This document shows, one piece after another, positions 34,852 to 47,729 of a DNA stretch of 64,000 nt (position 1 is the stretch's first letter; the number at the start of each line of letters is the position of its first letter). The stretch comes from Tubiluchus corallicola (Eukaryota > Animalia > Priapulida), in assembly GCA_030141605.1 (NCBI GenBank), contig JAQGDQ010002368.1, positions 744,001-808,000 of the forward strand, in the 5' to 3' direction. The position numbers and the translations under genes are program-made. The notes under the pieces are model-generated. The model did no database searches. It was not told the DNA's origin and saw only the letters and a list, made by a program, of their open reading frames with translations.

Positions 34852-37157
34852 GTAGATAGATAGATAGATAGATAGATATAGATATAGATATAGATATAGA
34901 TATAGATATAGATATAGATATAGATATAGATATAGATATAGATATAGACATAGATATAGATATAGAGAGATAGGTAGATGGATGGATTATTTTGTTCCCA
35001 TATCTTATAATGTGTAATTAAAGTTAGTAACAATAATAGGAAATAACAACACACAAGTATTTACAAACACACACGTTGTCCAAGAATTGTTTTACGATTT
35101 TTTCGTCAGGTATATTTCGATAATTTCATCAGGGCTTATCAAAAGAGTGTTCAACAGAAACACGGTCAGGAACCGCATATGAATTTACACACTCTTTTTG
35201 TCTTTGTGTTGTGTTCAGTTGTGCATTCAATCACACGCCAAAAATCTATGTGGATATTTCATCATAACCATGTTTTTTACAAAGAAGCAAAAATTTTGTG
35301 TTGTGCGATAAACGTTTTTAACTTATACAGGACAAGAAAAGAAGTAGGTTTCAGAAAAATTGCCTTAAAAAATTATATTACTTTACAGCATTTTCATGCA
35401 TATATCGTACTCGCGTTAAAGGGAATTTTTGTTTGTTTTCATTTTGAATCTCCCGCAATACTGTTCTGAAGTCACCGTTACACGACGTCGCTTATGCAAA
35501 TGTAAATCAGGGGAAGAAAAGGCAATGTTAAATTATGTCCCAAAAAACTTTCAATGCAAATCTATATTACTTGGCATTTCGCTTACCTGCTGGAAAGCCT
35601 TATGTAAGTATAAATAATAACTTAAATTTTCGTGCCAATTGGAAAAATATCGCTGGCTCACCCTAAAACGTTTTTTAATCTTATTGAGAAGATACAGTAA
35701 TTTAAAATTTTACTTTGTTAGTAACATGTGTGCTACGATTGCTCTGATTATTTTTTCAAATTGCACGCAATGTTATCTAAACTTGTTTCAAACGACCTAC
35801 CATTAAAAACTGGCTGCGTCTAACGGTCATCGCGGGTGTTTGAATTTACAAGTTTTATACAGCGTTACTGCCGATGCAAGCCATGCATATGAAAAGACAG
35901 TATGTAAGTGGTATAAAATTTCAAGACGAATTTTTAAGCTTTATGTAAGTGGAGGGCTTTCTTGCACTTTAATTGGGAGTTTAGATAAAATAAATAGACC
36001 ACGAATATTCAATGTTGCAGAATCGACAGGGGCCGAAAGCATTTTTTGTTCTGCAAAGTTGTTTTTGGAGTCTTGGAGGCCATGATTTCTATCATTGTTT
36101 TTATGCTAACTGACTTTTTTGAGCTGTACATAAACGTGCTTAATTATTTTGACACAGGACAAGTAATTAACGAGGGAAAACATGAATGGACGAGAGGCAA
36201 TGCCGCAGATACGAATGGAAAAACTGTAGACATTATAGCCACGAAGTAAGCACAATCGTCTATTAAACCTGATTTGTCTGAGCAAAATCCTGATTACTCT
36301 CCAGAAAACGCAAACCTAGGTTTTACCGTTTTGCTACTATGGTTTTCTAAGCAAGATTTCTGGGCAAAACTAAGGTAATTTTGCCGAAAAAACTCCACTG
36401 GGTTAATTGTGGACATTGGTTTTGCTACATTAATCGTCGTGCATTAAAAAAGAAAATGACTTTTTAGAATAAACGGTTAATAAAATCGGTATACATGTAC
36501 CTAGGCATCCTTTTAAATGTCGTTTAACACACAAATAGTTAAAACCGCAACAACTTTAAAGGAAATGGAAGTGGTGCTGACAAGCCACTGGCGTAGCAGT
36601 GTGTAGTTTTTTTGTTGGATTACTGCTGCGTTTACCTGTCTGAAGGCAGATTTCTTTTATTTTATAATTGTGCCTGCCCAATGTCTACAATAGATGTGAC
36701 GGGCGTATGATGATGATGAACTTTAAAACAGAATCCAGATAGGGAAAAGTAATGTTAGTCGCACATAAATATTCAAAAAAAGAAAAACTTGAATCATCTT
36801 GACTTGTATACTCTTGCACTTGTTGTGTCTTATGACTCCGACCTTTGTACGAAAGATTTTCGCATACTCATTCTTATTACATGTGTAAATTTTGCATGCG
36901 GGTAATTACAGTATTGAACGAAATTTAACCGTAGGAAACCTAGAATACTTCTTCTTTTTTCTAGAACTGAATCAACATATTTAGAAGTGAGATGTATGTA
37001 TCATTGTATGAGGGATGACCGATGTACGCTGATAGGACTAGATTCAACAAGTGAGGAATGTACACTCTACGGTGATGCAACACTATTGTCTATGCCAGGT
37101 GTTGTACCACCAGCCTCAAATCAATACTTACTCCTCAAATCCTACTTTAACTTGTAG
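34389..37157 (+). CDS. Small secreted protein with a single PAN/Apple-like domain, 4 exons, 113 aa
   Basis: Exons 34389-34403 (MKIGI|gtaagt), 34596-34641 ([16 protein letters not shown]|gtaagc), 36158-36245 (QVINEG...DIIATK|gtaagc), 36965-37157 ([41 protein letters not shown]...YFNL*). Phases 0/1/2 all match and the total is 342 nt. Hydrophobic N-terminus; C-x3-C-x5-C-x11-C-x-L spacing typical of PAN/Apple domains. Confidence 0.8.
34724..34986. repeat. Compound microsatellite (AT)n-(GGAT)n-(AGAT)n-(ATATAG)n
   Basis: Direct reading; lies in intron 2 of the PAN-domain gene. Confidence 0.97.
35329..35968 (+). mobile_element. Kolobok-like non-autonomous DNA element, copy 2 (intron 2 of the PAN-domain gene)
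   Basis: aggacaagaaaa ... ttcttgcact|TTAA; colinear with 42147-42818. Confidence 0.8.
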
Positions 37158-39510
37158 ATCAACATGTATGGCTTCAAAGAAACCACTGTCTAACGTTATG
37201 TTTTAATTTCTGTAACTAACGATCTAGTTTTCTGTCCTAAACATTTTAACAAATCACTTTAAAAATGAGCTATGCTGCAATTTTGCAAGCTTCTCCAATT
37301 ATGTCGCAATAACAGTTATTTTTTACAAACATTAACAGATTCCTGCTCACTAGAAATTAGCAAAGAATTCTATTTTGTTCAACCATCTATTTTTCTACGC
37401 TCTGTCTGTTTACATATTTAGTTAACAGCATTGTATTCATCTTTTAATTCTCTAACTCAATCCTCTTAACTGGCCAAGTGTAGCTTGTTATGACATGCTT
37501 TGCATAAAAATAACACTCGGTTGCCGTGACCTGCCTTGATAGTCTGTACAATGACTTTTAAAGTGACACATATAGATGCCTCTTTCGTTCTTACAGAAGT
37601 CTCTGAAGATTTGGTTCTCTACTGTCCTAAACTTATCTTTTCTTTGTAGTATGCACATTTTATTGGCAATTTACGTAACCTTGTAGTCTACTTATATTTG
37701 TGTTTACGATAATCCCCACTTTCCTGATAAACACAAAATTGAATGTATAATTAATTTGGCATGCTTCTGATAGTAACATGAAGCTTGGCAACATGCACTC
37801 AGTTGCATGGCTACATCACGTTGAATAATTACTATTACATTCATTATAATATTTACACGATATGCACACACAGCAAAAGAATAGAAATCGTTATATTTTT
37901 AATATTAGATGATTACACAGGTAAAAGTATACCTTTATATAATGCATTGAATGGATATTGCAAAAACTATAATACATAGACTTGTAGACCTGTAACTGCA
38001 AGAGTGCAAGTTATGTTGTACGAACTACATGTGTTCATGCCTAATACTGTAATTTGTAAAGTGTATTAAACAGAAGCCCTAAATATGAGGAACAAAAGTT
38101 TTTGCCCGTTTACTTCCCTCTACAAAGGTTTTTGACTAAATGGCATTTGTACCTATTTATCAGATCACTCAGCCATTCACGCACTCACACAAATTACTTC
38201 TCTCCCCCCTTCTCTCTCTCTTTGACTCTGTCTTTTCCCTTCTTTGACAAATTTAATAACTACATAATGACTAAAGCTCTAAAGGGTAAATAACTAGTGT
38301 CGCACAAATTCTTACAGTAAACCAGTGCCAAAGCAATGCCAGCTGACTACTATTAAAATCTCAGAACATATATTTGAAAATTCAACAAATTAATAAAAAT
38401 AAAGATCTCTATCTCCATCCCTATCATCATGGAACAGTGCAAGTCATTGATTCTGAACAGAGTGTAACTTACAGATTGAAGAGAATAGCTCAATGGTCAT
38501 AGTGTGTCATGTGCTTAGTCATGTGGCATACTGCATATACTTATATTGGTAGGAAGTACCTACATAAACATACAGACCTGTACCTCTGCCAGTTCAGTGT
38601 CTCATTGATTATTGTCCTTAGTAATTAATCAGGTGTTAGGACTGTGTCTTTTCACAACCTTAAATTAAATAAGCCTTAAATTAAGTGCAGCATATCACTA
38701 AATGCCAAAACTGTGTTGAGAACACTCTCAGCCAGTAGCGACTATTAGTATACCTTGTAACTACAGGCAAAATGTTTCATCCAATGGTTTTTCTCAAAAC
38801 CTCTGCGAGAATTGCACATGTGCAAATACCTTAATCACTAGTTAAACAATTCAATTCTGCAAACACCAACCATTCTGTAAAACCTAGGAATTATACATTA
38901 ACGTTCGGTTTATTCAAAAACTGTTTTTCAATTGTGTTTGACAATTATTGTCACCTCATACACTCTTTCAAAATGGAATAACAACTAGATTAATGTTTTC
39001 TAAGTTTCAAAGTTACAAACAATTTTCAAGGTTTCAATCTCTTTTACCCAACTGTTTACATAATAACATCATTAAACATTATTTGGAAGTCACTGCGATT
39101 TTACAAAACCAGTAGGAAAAAACACAAGAAGCACTTTTTTCTGAATGCAAATAATTTACACATTGAAAGAAATTTAGTTACACCTATTTGACATCATACA
39201 ACATCCACTTTAAGATACACTTTCTTCTGAAATGAGTACAGATTTTTTTAAAAATACAATTAAACATTCGTCTACTCAATGGAAATACTCTTAATGAACA
39301 ATGCAGTAATAATGCTCATAAAAAAATAAAACAACAGTTGAATAGTTCTGCTTCATACCATAAAGAACAGTGTTCATTTATACCTACAAAAATTTTCAAA
39401 TTGCAACATCCAGAAACAAGAAAGTGTAAAATGTACCATCTTTTTTGCAAATATGACACAATGATAAATGATTATATGTACATATGTATCATACATTTTT
39501 ATAAAGAAAT

Positions 39511-42500
39511 TCAATCCATTCTAGTTTTTAAAGTCCGCACTGTCACTTTGTCTTTTTCACTGCAAAAAAACAATTACCTTTAATACAACATGATAAAAAA
39601 CGTAATGATAAAATAATGCTTTGTCAGTATCTAATTGACACTATTACAATCTAACTCTCGAGATAGAGTGCTGTGTCCCTTACACTTTCTCTTTTGCTTT
39701 GCGGCTCATACTACTGTCTACATTAAAATTTACTTATACTTATTTAAATTGTAATATCAACAACTTTACTGTATTGAAGAACTCTCATGATTTAATGAAA
39801 TACAAATCTTATGAGCAGTGTACAACAATCTTCTGATTTTCTACAATTTAAGAGAAGCACGCAAAACCGTGCATAACTGAGCTTGGAAAACTCTCAATAC
39901 ACATTAATAACACTAACAATCTTGTAAACTTGTACTGTTAGTGAAGACAATATAACTATATAACTATGTACATGTCAAAAATATGCAAACGCTTACAGTT
40001 TACGTCCATTAAAATAAAAATCTAGTTTTAGGCTGCAGGGTTTGTTTATAATGAGCACTTTGGTTTATTATTAATGATCCTTCAGCAAAACTACAAGCAT
40101 ACTTAAAAGCACAAAAGCAGAAAAGATTATTTAAAGCACTTACATGATCCATACTTTTGCACCCCAACCTGAAATGGCATCTCTATCAACAGCATTTAGC
40201 AAAGCTTGTGATATAGATTCAAATAATTCATCTGGACCCTATTAAAAAAACAAGCTTAAACAAAGGGACATATCCGTACTGAAAACTGTTCTCACCTAAC
40301 TAGATAACGATGTGTTACTGCCAATAGATTCACAAGTCAAATCATTTGCAAGATATTAACAAAAGAAACATTTCAGATTTTCACAATAGTAAATAAGCCA
40401 TAATACTACAAGTCAAACCTGAGCCATGCATCTTAATAGTTGGGCTACGTTTTCTAAGAAAAAGTTGTGTCTTACCAAGTTAGGTTCCCATAAAGATTCG
40501 CACATTCCATACATTTGCTCACTAGCCGTCCCACTCACGACAAAATCATCAGTGACCATAGGACAACCAATAAGATCCAATGAACATATAAATGGTTCAT
40601 TAGTCTGTGGATCTAGTCCAGCAATAACTGGTTCAACAAAATACGGGCCAAACCTAAAGATAAAAAATACATGTATAATCCGGGCATTTCCAAGTCTTAA
40701 TTACTTAATGAAAGTTTCTCATATAGTCAACAGCAATAATACTTTTGAGTATTAATATCAAGCATGACATTTTGTACTTAACTGCAAATAAAGTCATAAC
40801 GTTTTTGAGACTTACCATAATATAACAAAATAAAAATAAAACCAACTGTTCAAATTCAAACTCAGTATACCCGTATTCACTCTAGTTAAACTACAAAACT
40901 TTTAACAATTATGGTTAACTAAAAATAGTGGGAAACTTGGCAGACTAAATTATGCCATAATGGACTCAAAGGCACTTTGGGCATTATTTTATTAAATCCA
41001 TTGTATTTACGGATCACATGCCTTAATTTAATTTCAATGAAATTGAAAGTTCTAAATTTGCAGATGTGACTAATTTTGTAAAAATGTCAGCATTGAAAAC
41101 AGAGCGATAGGTATTCCAAAAGCCAAATCAAGAATTAGTTATTACTGAACAACTGGGGAGGTGGTCACTAGGAATAGGCAAAGAAAGCACTGTTTTAATA
41201 ATGCAAAATACAATAGTAGTTGGCTATCTGTTAATATTAGTATGTATATGATTTATTTTCCAATATGTAAAGGTTTTACATGCGTGCATGTATTAACAAC
41301 TATGCAATGGACGTGAATAACATAAAAGATATAAACTCCTTACCTTCTTTCATACAGAAGATTTGAAACAATGCTCATAAAGGTTTTTGGCTTTAATGGC
41401 CTGTTCTCCCGCAGAGTATACAGATTAACTTTAAACTTTAATCTTAGAGCACTGAAAGTAAAAAGAACCTGAATAGGTACCAATTGTAACCTATCATAAC
41501 AAAGCATTAAATGTACGAAACCAAGACTAAGACACTTTTTTATTTAATTATCAAACAATTTGCACAAAATAATGAGAAAATAAGCTTGTAACTTTCAGCT
41601 TACAACAAACTATCTACACAATGTCTGGCAAAATAATGTCTTTTTTTACTGTTTAAGTTATTCGTAAAATCAAATCAGGACGGTACTAATTAACATCGGT
41701 TTTGAAGGTGAAGTTACACAGAGTACGCTAAGACAGCCGACTAGCTCTTAACATTACGATTAGGTCTAAGCACAAAGCTAAATGCTTATCATTACAATAT
41801 AGTAAATCTGCACACATTTTATTTTATACTTGATGGTAGCACAACACTTACACTGTCTGTGTATCTGTTGCTAAACCTGGCAAACCAACATATAATTTTG
41901 GACTCATCTCAAAAACTTTGTCAAAATCCATGGAAATTGTTTGCCCCTGAATACCAAATCTTCTATCACAGGCAATAGCCACACAATCCTTCCCCTTCAT
42001 GGCCATTACCACACCGCCGTTGTACGCAAGTATACTCTGAAAAAGATCAAATATTTAAATGCAGCACCTACTTATACATCAAAATAAAACAATAAACCAT
42101 TAAATATACAAGGTTAGTAGAAATTAAGATTAATAAAGGGGCTTAAAGGACAAGAAAAGGGGCACCTGAAGTAGGTTTCAGAAAAATCGCCTTGAAAAAT
42201 GATATTGCTTTACAACAATTTTATGCACATACAATCGTGTTCGCGTTGAAAGGAATTTTCGTTTGTTTGCATTTTAAATCTCCCGCAATACTGTTTCGAC
42301 GGTGCCATTCCATGACGTCACTATGCCATGTAAATCAAGGGAAGAAAGGGCAATGTTAAATTGTGACCCAAAAAACTTTCCGTGCAAATCTATATTACTT
42401 AGCAGTTCACTTACCTGCTGGAAAGACTTATCTAACTAGACTAATAATTTAAAATGCTTGTGCCAGTCGGTAAAATGTCACTGACACACCCTCCAGGGTG

Positions 42501-44065
42501 CGACACTCACTAACCAAAAACGTATTTTTAATCTTATTGACAAGATACAGTAATTTAAAATTTTACTTAATTAGCAACATGTATGCTATTAATGCTCTGA
42601 TTATTTTTTCAAACTTTACTCAATGTTATCAAGACTTGTTTCAAACGACCTACCATTAAAATGGCTGTGCCTAACGGCCATCGCGGGAGTTTAAATTTAC
42701 ATGTCTTATACAGCGTTACGGCCGATGCAAGCCATGCATATGAAAAGGTAGTACATAAGTGGCATAAAATTTGGAGACGAATTTTTAAGCTTTATGATGT
42801 GAAAGGTTTTCTTGTGCTTTAAAACTGGAGTGATAAACGACAAGGTCAAGGACACTGGAAACTAGTCAGGCATTTGATAACCTTTCAACACCTAGGACTT
42901 CGAGTTAAATTCACAATGTAGGGCAGGGGCATGGAAAGTTGTATGGTGAATAATAACCGCTCCTACGGTCAAGGACCCTAGGCATTATCCAAGGTTTCCT
43001 AAATATTTCTGCTTACTTCCTTGATAGTATCTTAAATGGTCATTCATACTTTAGAATACTGTCAAACATATGAAAGAATTATTCAAGTGCTTCGTTAATT
43101 GACAGAACAGAGTCATCTACTGCATTAAAACTGTTGAAGGCATCAAACTCTGTGGAAGATTGTATATGTTGCAGAAAATTTTTTGCAGGAGCAGATATGG
43201 ATGGAAACTATGACGAAGAATACAATCAGTACAGTGTTTAGCCCTTGCAAACTTGTGGAGAGAGACACTAGTAATTACAGAAGCAAAATGCCACGAAGAA
43301 GCTCTGTTGGTCTTATTACGAAAACAAATAAAACAATATTAACAAGAACATTCTGCCGTGAAGCAGAATCTTAATAAAATACAATATGTCGTAATTTACA
43401 ATTACCACTGAATATTACACGCATATTATCATCATAATAGTCAGAGACTTGCATCCACACTAAGCTGATACATCTGTGAGGCGATTCACAGAGGCTATTC
43501 TGATATTTCTGTCAAGCTCTGTATATCCACATCATAAAGGAGCAAGCCAAAAAGAAAAGTGCATCCTGTCACGCTGTTGATCTTACACCTCTACACTGAG
43601 CCCCAAGATTTCTCTAAATTTTATCACTTGTCTGATCCAAGCATTGACTCTTACTACTAGCAGTACTAGTGTGCCCGTGTTTACTGAACATAGATCTGCT
43701 TCGTTCATTACGATTTCCAAACACTTTTTAGCTACTTCACATTTCAACAGATATTCATTCGTATCACACTCCTTCGCACACAGTGGACAGATTAAATCAT
43801 CCTTACACTTATTTTTATAATTACACTTTAATTTGATCATCTTTAATTTCAATTCAGTAATTTCATACACAGTTTTTTCATCACACTCCATCACATAATT
43901 TATTGCCTGTTCCCAAAATTTCCACACTATTTTCCATAAATCTCAGTTTTATCATATCATCACACTTTTTCACAGCTTCAACTTTTAGATACTGTTTAAC
44001 TATGCGAGGGAATTCAATTTATGAATTAATAAATATTGAGGGTAAATAAATATTAGACTTACCAT
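39511..44065 (-). CDS. PSMB3: Proteasome subunit beta type-3, 6 coding exons, 205 aa
   Basis: ATG-only exon 44065-44063 (ATG|gtaagt), then 42036-41852 ([28 protein letters not shown]...), 41451-41344, 40653-40476 ([14 protein letters not shown]...LIGCPM), 40238-40144 ([11 protein letters not shown]), 39559-39511 ([15 protein letters not shown]). Sum 618 nt. The position of the ATG exon is the least certain part. Confidence 0.95.
42147..42818 (+). mobile_element. Kolobok-like non-autonomous DNA element, full-length 672-bp copy (PSMB3 intron 1)
   Basis: TTAA|aggacaagaaaa ... ttttcttgtgct|TTAA: TTAA TSD, 12-bp TIR with one mismatch, AG...CT termini (RR..YY as in Kolobok, not the CCC..GGG of piggyBac). 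Confidence 0.85.
43424..43990 (-). mobile_element. 3' end of a non-LTR retrotransposon (ORF2 C-terminal zinc knuckle plus 3' UTR)
   Basis: ORF 43583-43927 has NYKNK...[19 protein letters not shown], a degenerate CCHC knuckle with Tyr for His, followed by ~150 bp of UTR and a short (ATG/ATA)-like tail. Confidence 0.7.
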
Positions 44066-44387
44066 GGTAACTAAATGAAATGTAATGACAAACTAATAAA
44101 TAGCGATATTTCTCTTTTACAGATTATACACATAAAAAGTGTATTTAAAAATTTAATAATTAAGTTACACAAATTTATCATGCATGACAAGCAAAAGCCG
44201 TAACAGAGGCACGCAAAAGGCAAGAGCCTGAATGATGACAAGTTTACTCTGAGCTAACCTGTTCAGTTTATATTGTTTTATTGTAGAGAAGACTGTGAAT
44301 TCGACTCAGCATTCCATAATAATAACGACTAGAGGGATTATTACATTTTCTGCTGGACTGCTACGAATAGCTTTACTTAAGTCCTGC

Positions 44388-44580
44388 CTTGAGTTGATTT
44401 TTTGTTGCTTTTGCTTGATATAATTTCTTGCTTTAAGCTGAATTCTGTTTTGCTTTGCTTGTGATAACTTCTTTTTACCTTGAGTTGAATTGAGTTTTGC
44501 TTGATATAATCATTTTATTCTTTGATAATTTTTGTTTGCTTTGCAGAATTTTGTTTGCTTTTTCTGTTTTCATTTGATAT
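44388..44580. repeat. Degenerate T-rich tandem repeat (ttgagttga...ttttgcttgatataa units)
   Basis: Recurrent ttgagttga and tttgcttg...ataa motifs. Confidence 0.55.
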
Positions 44581-46699
44581 GAGATATATTTATTGATTTG
44601 TTTTTGTATTGCATTTTGACATTACTGTGTCTGTTTCATTTTTATCATAAATTTATGCATAATTATAGTATAACTATTATTATTATTTAAAATGTAACCT
44701 TGTATTCAGGTATCATGAAATTGTCTCTTACTATTTCTCCATTCTTTAAAAATTTGACTAGATTAAGTGATTAAGTATGCACAATCTATTTTTAATACTG
44801 TAATGTTTTTTTATAATAATCACCAAAAATGTCATGTGCCTGTAAGTAAACATGTATTACATGTAAAAATCAAGTGACCAATAGGCCTTTCTCAGTTGCA
44901 TTAAAATCTTAATAAATCATGTCGAATTTTTAACTGTTATTGAGAAAATCAACTTGAATTAAATTGAATTGAATTGAATAGTAATACAGGAATTACTGGA
45001 TGAATGAGCGTTACACATAACTTTTTGCTACAGGAGTGTAAAAAATGAGTAATAGTGCACAACAAAAAGTATCATGCCAATTTATTACATCAGGGTACTG
45101 CTGAAACAATAGAGAACCTGGCATGCCTTCAATACTAAAATGTGAAGCCTCTATGCCAACTGCCTATATAACTAGCACAGTCTGCAAACTTGGGGGATAT
45201 ATATATATATATATATATATAATCGGAGCAGTAATTCAAGGAGAGACATGCCCAGCTCATTATATTGCAATACTTCTTGAAAACATACGGGTAACCTTCT
45301 ACAAGAAACAGTGGTTCAGTATTGTTGCATTAATCATAGTACTATTATTGTATCCAGTAGTAATTTACCACTGCTTGTGTTAAATTAGCACGTCCACACC
45401 GACACGCACCCATTATCATTAATAACAACAAAAGAATGTACTGATGAGCATTTAACAGGTTGTATGGCTTCTTTCTTTTTCCAGCCAACAGGAAACCTCG
45501 GTGACTTATTATTGTTATTTAAGCTATAGCGAAGGTTTTGATTCCCTCGAAAGCATCGTTACTTACAACTAGGGTTTTAATTATTTTTCGGGGGAAACAC
45601 CTGAAAAAAGTCTTACACGTATAAGTAGAGAATTTCACATACTTTGTAACTGCATAACAGAATAAATTGTATTGCCAAGGTTGCTTGCAATAGTGGGTAA
45701 ACTAGTGAACATTAGACAGACTGAACAGGCCTTTATTGTCAGTATTGTGGATCATAGATTAATTTTGCTGTTTATCTGCTATAATTGCATACTGCTAGTG
45801 GTTTATTCACGAAACTGGCAAGTCTGCCTTCAAAACAACAGTAAACTAAACGATATGCATCAATAAATGTTCTAAGAATGGTAATTTGACATCATGAAAT
45901 GCTAGGTGCATTCAGGGAGCCATTAAAAAATAACCTGGCAAATAGCAGCAGCCCGCCTGCACAAGCAAATGGAACACTAAGATTTCATTCTTCTCCAGTA
46001 TCTATGTTGAATACTAACAAATGTGGATAAATGTCAAGATCTTCTTTGAAGTGGCTTTCGACAATTGAGATATTGGATGGTAAAATGTTAGATAGTGATT
46101 TATTGGAAAAAATTGTGATGAAAAGGTTTTATTATTATTATTTATTATTACAGAGTTTCGGTTGAAATTACAAGAAGATGGCAGGCGTCTAGTAGAGCCA
46201 CACCCAATATTGCGAAATCGGTTTTCTTAAGTAATTCGATGCTGATGCAAAGTAGGCAACAGTTCAGCCTTGGTGTTGATGAACAAATTTGGAGATTGTG
46301 AAGTCCGACTTGAGAGAGCGAAGCATACAGTTGTGTCACTGTGTGGGAGCCATATTTTTCGCATTGCTATACTAATCAATCAATTTTAGCCTATGACATT
46401 AGCCATTTGAGAAGGAAATGCAGTCAGTGTAGCAAAAAGAAAAAAGGATTTTATAGACGTTTCATTATACTTATATGCGAGAGCTGACTACTTTAAAGGG
46501 GGGTCTGAAATAAAATAAATACACTGGCAAGAAAATTAACTGAAACTAAGGTGACGATACGTGTATACTGAGGTTATTTACTTCAATGTGTGAGTGAATA
46601 CTGTGTTAACGTAAAATTTACGTACCGATCATGTGAGATGTTGTGATGTGCTGCTGGTGAACTTATGAATTGATTCCATGACATGTTATGTTAACTTTA

Positions 46700-47729
46700 A
46701 TAAACTTCCTTCAGGTTTAACCCACTAATGCTCGACTACATGACTTTGCGCACTGCTGTACACCCTTCACGTGCCAGTACAAATATAAACTGTAAAGACC
46801 AGAAAAAACCCATCCACCTCAACTCGATGTGCTTAAGAAAATATAAAAATGCTGAAAACTACAGCATTTTTGTCAACTTTGCGTTAAAGAACGTATACAC
46901 AGTCTGATAAAAGTCGTTATCATTACACAGCCATTTAAAAATGTGCTTGTTTTGCAATTATAATTGGTCACTATAGTGATCAGTGGTATTCTTTTATAGT
47001 ATTTTCTATTATTGAGTAAAAATTTGAAAGTTAATATTGTTATTTTTCGCTAAATTATTTATTTATTGTGTTTATTTTTCGTTGTACAATTTTGAGTGTA
47101 ATGTTTTTTTTGTAAATATGTAACTAATCATAATTTGTCTCTCTGGTTTCATTCAAGGTGCGCGTTGTAGGACGGAAGTTAACTGATCGGTGCATACTGC
47201 GCGGTCAGATTTCTTTGTTGTTATGGAACATACGGAAGAAACCAAAATGTCGGATGCAATCGTTGTTTTGAGAAGAAATCGGCCAGGAACTAAGGCTGAG
47301 GTAGTTTAACACTTCTAACTAACCGGGATAACATTAACCGATCACTGAAATAAAAACGCTGTAGTTTTCGGCGCCCTTCTAGGGGAAAGGGAGCAGAAGA
47401 CCGTATGGTCGTTCCCTTTCCCCACATTATTTAAATATTTACTTGTCAACTGACTACGATCTGCATATCTTGTTATGTGTGAAATAAAAGTTCTTATGTC
47501 TTCTCTAAACTTTGTAACTCATTGTTATATACTATCTGTGATTGTTATTCTGAAGGTAAAAAAACTAAATTATTAACATTTCCTCAACTTAAGCACATCG
47601 AAAACTGTTAAGGCAGTTTTTGTGGTCTTTATAATTTTTATTTATGTTGGCACATGAAGGGTGTATACTATAGCATTGCACAAAGTTATGTAGATGAGCA
47701 TTAGTGGGCTAAATATAAAGGAAGTTTAT
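46700..47729. repeat. Pair of ~140-bp inverted repeats (46700-46837 and 47589-47729) bracketing MOB4 exon 1
   Basis: ataaacttcct...cccactaatgctc...tacacccttca.gtgcca...tcgatgtgcttaag on the left is the reverse complement of the right arm, with scattered mismatches. Confidence 0.9.
47155..47246 (+). promoter_or_regulatory. Probable MOB4 core promoter / 5' UTR
   Basis: Local CpG-rich patch just before the ATG, two ETS-type CGGAAG cores (~47173, ~47233) and an X-box-like GTTGTTATGGAAC (47217-47229). Confidence 0.5.

Noticed and set aside
35085-35140. Minus-strand CTGATGA...GAAA and CTGACGA resembling hammerhead ribozyme cores
   Set aside because: Stems II and III do not pair and no correctly placed UH cleavage site is present.
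40809-40818. ATG|GTAAGT on the minus strand as candidate PSMB3 first exon
   Set aside because: Lies in intron 3, downstream of exons 2 and 3.
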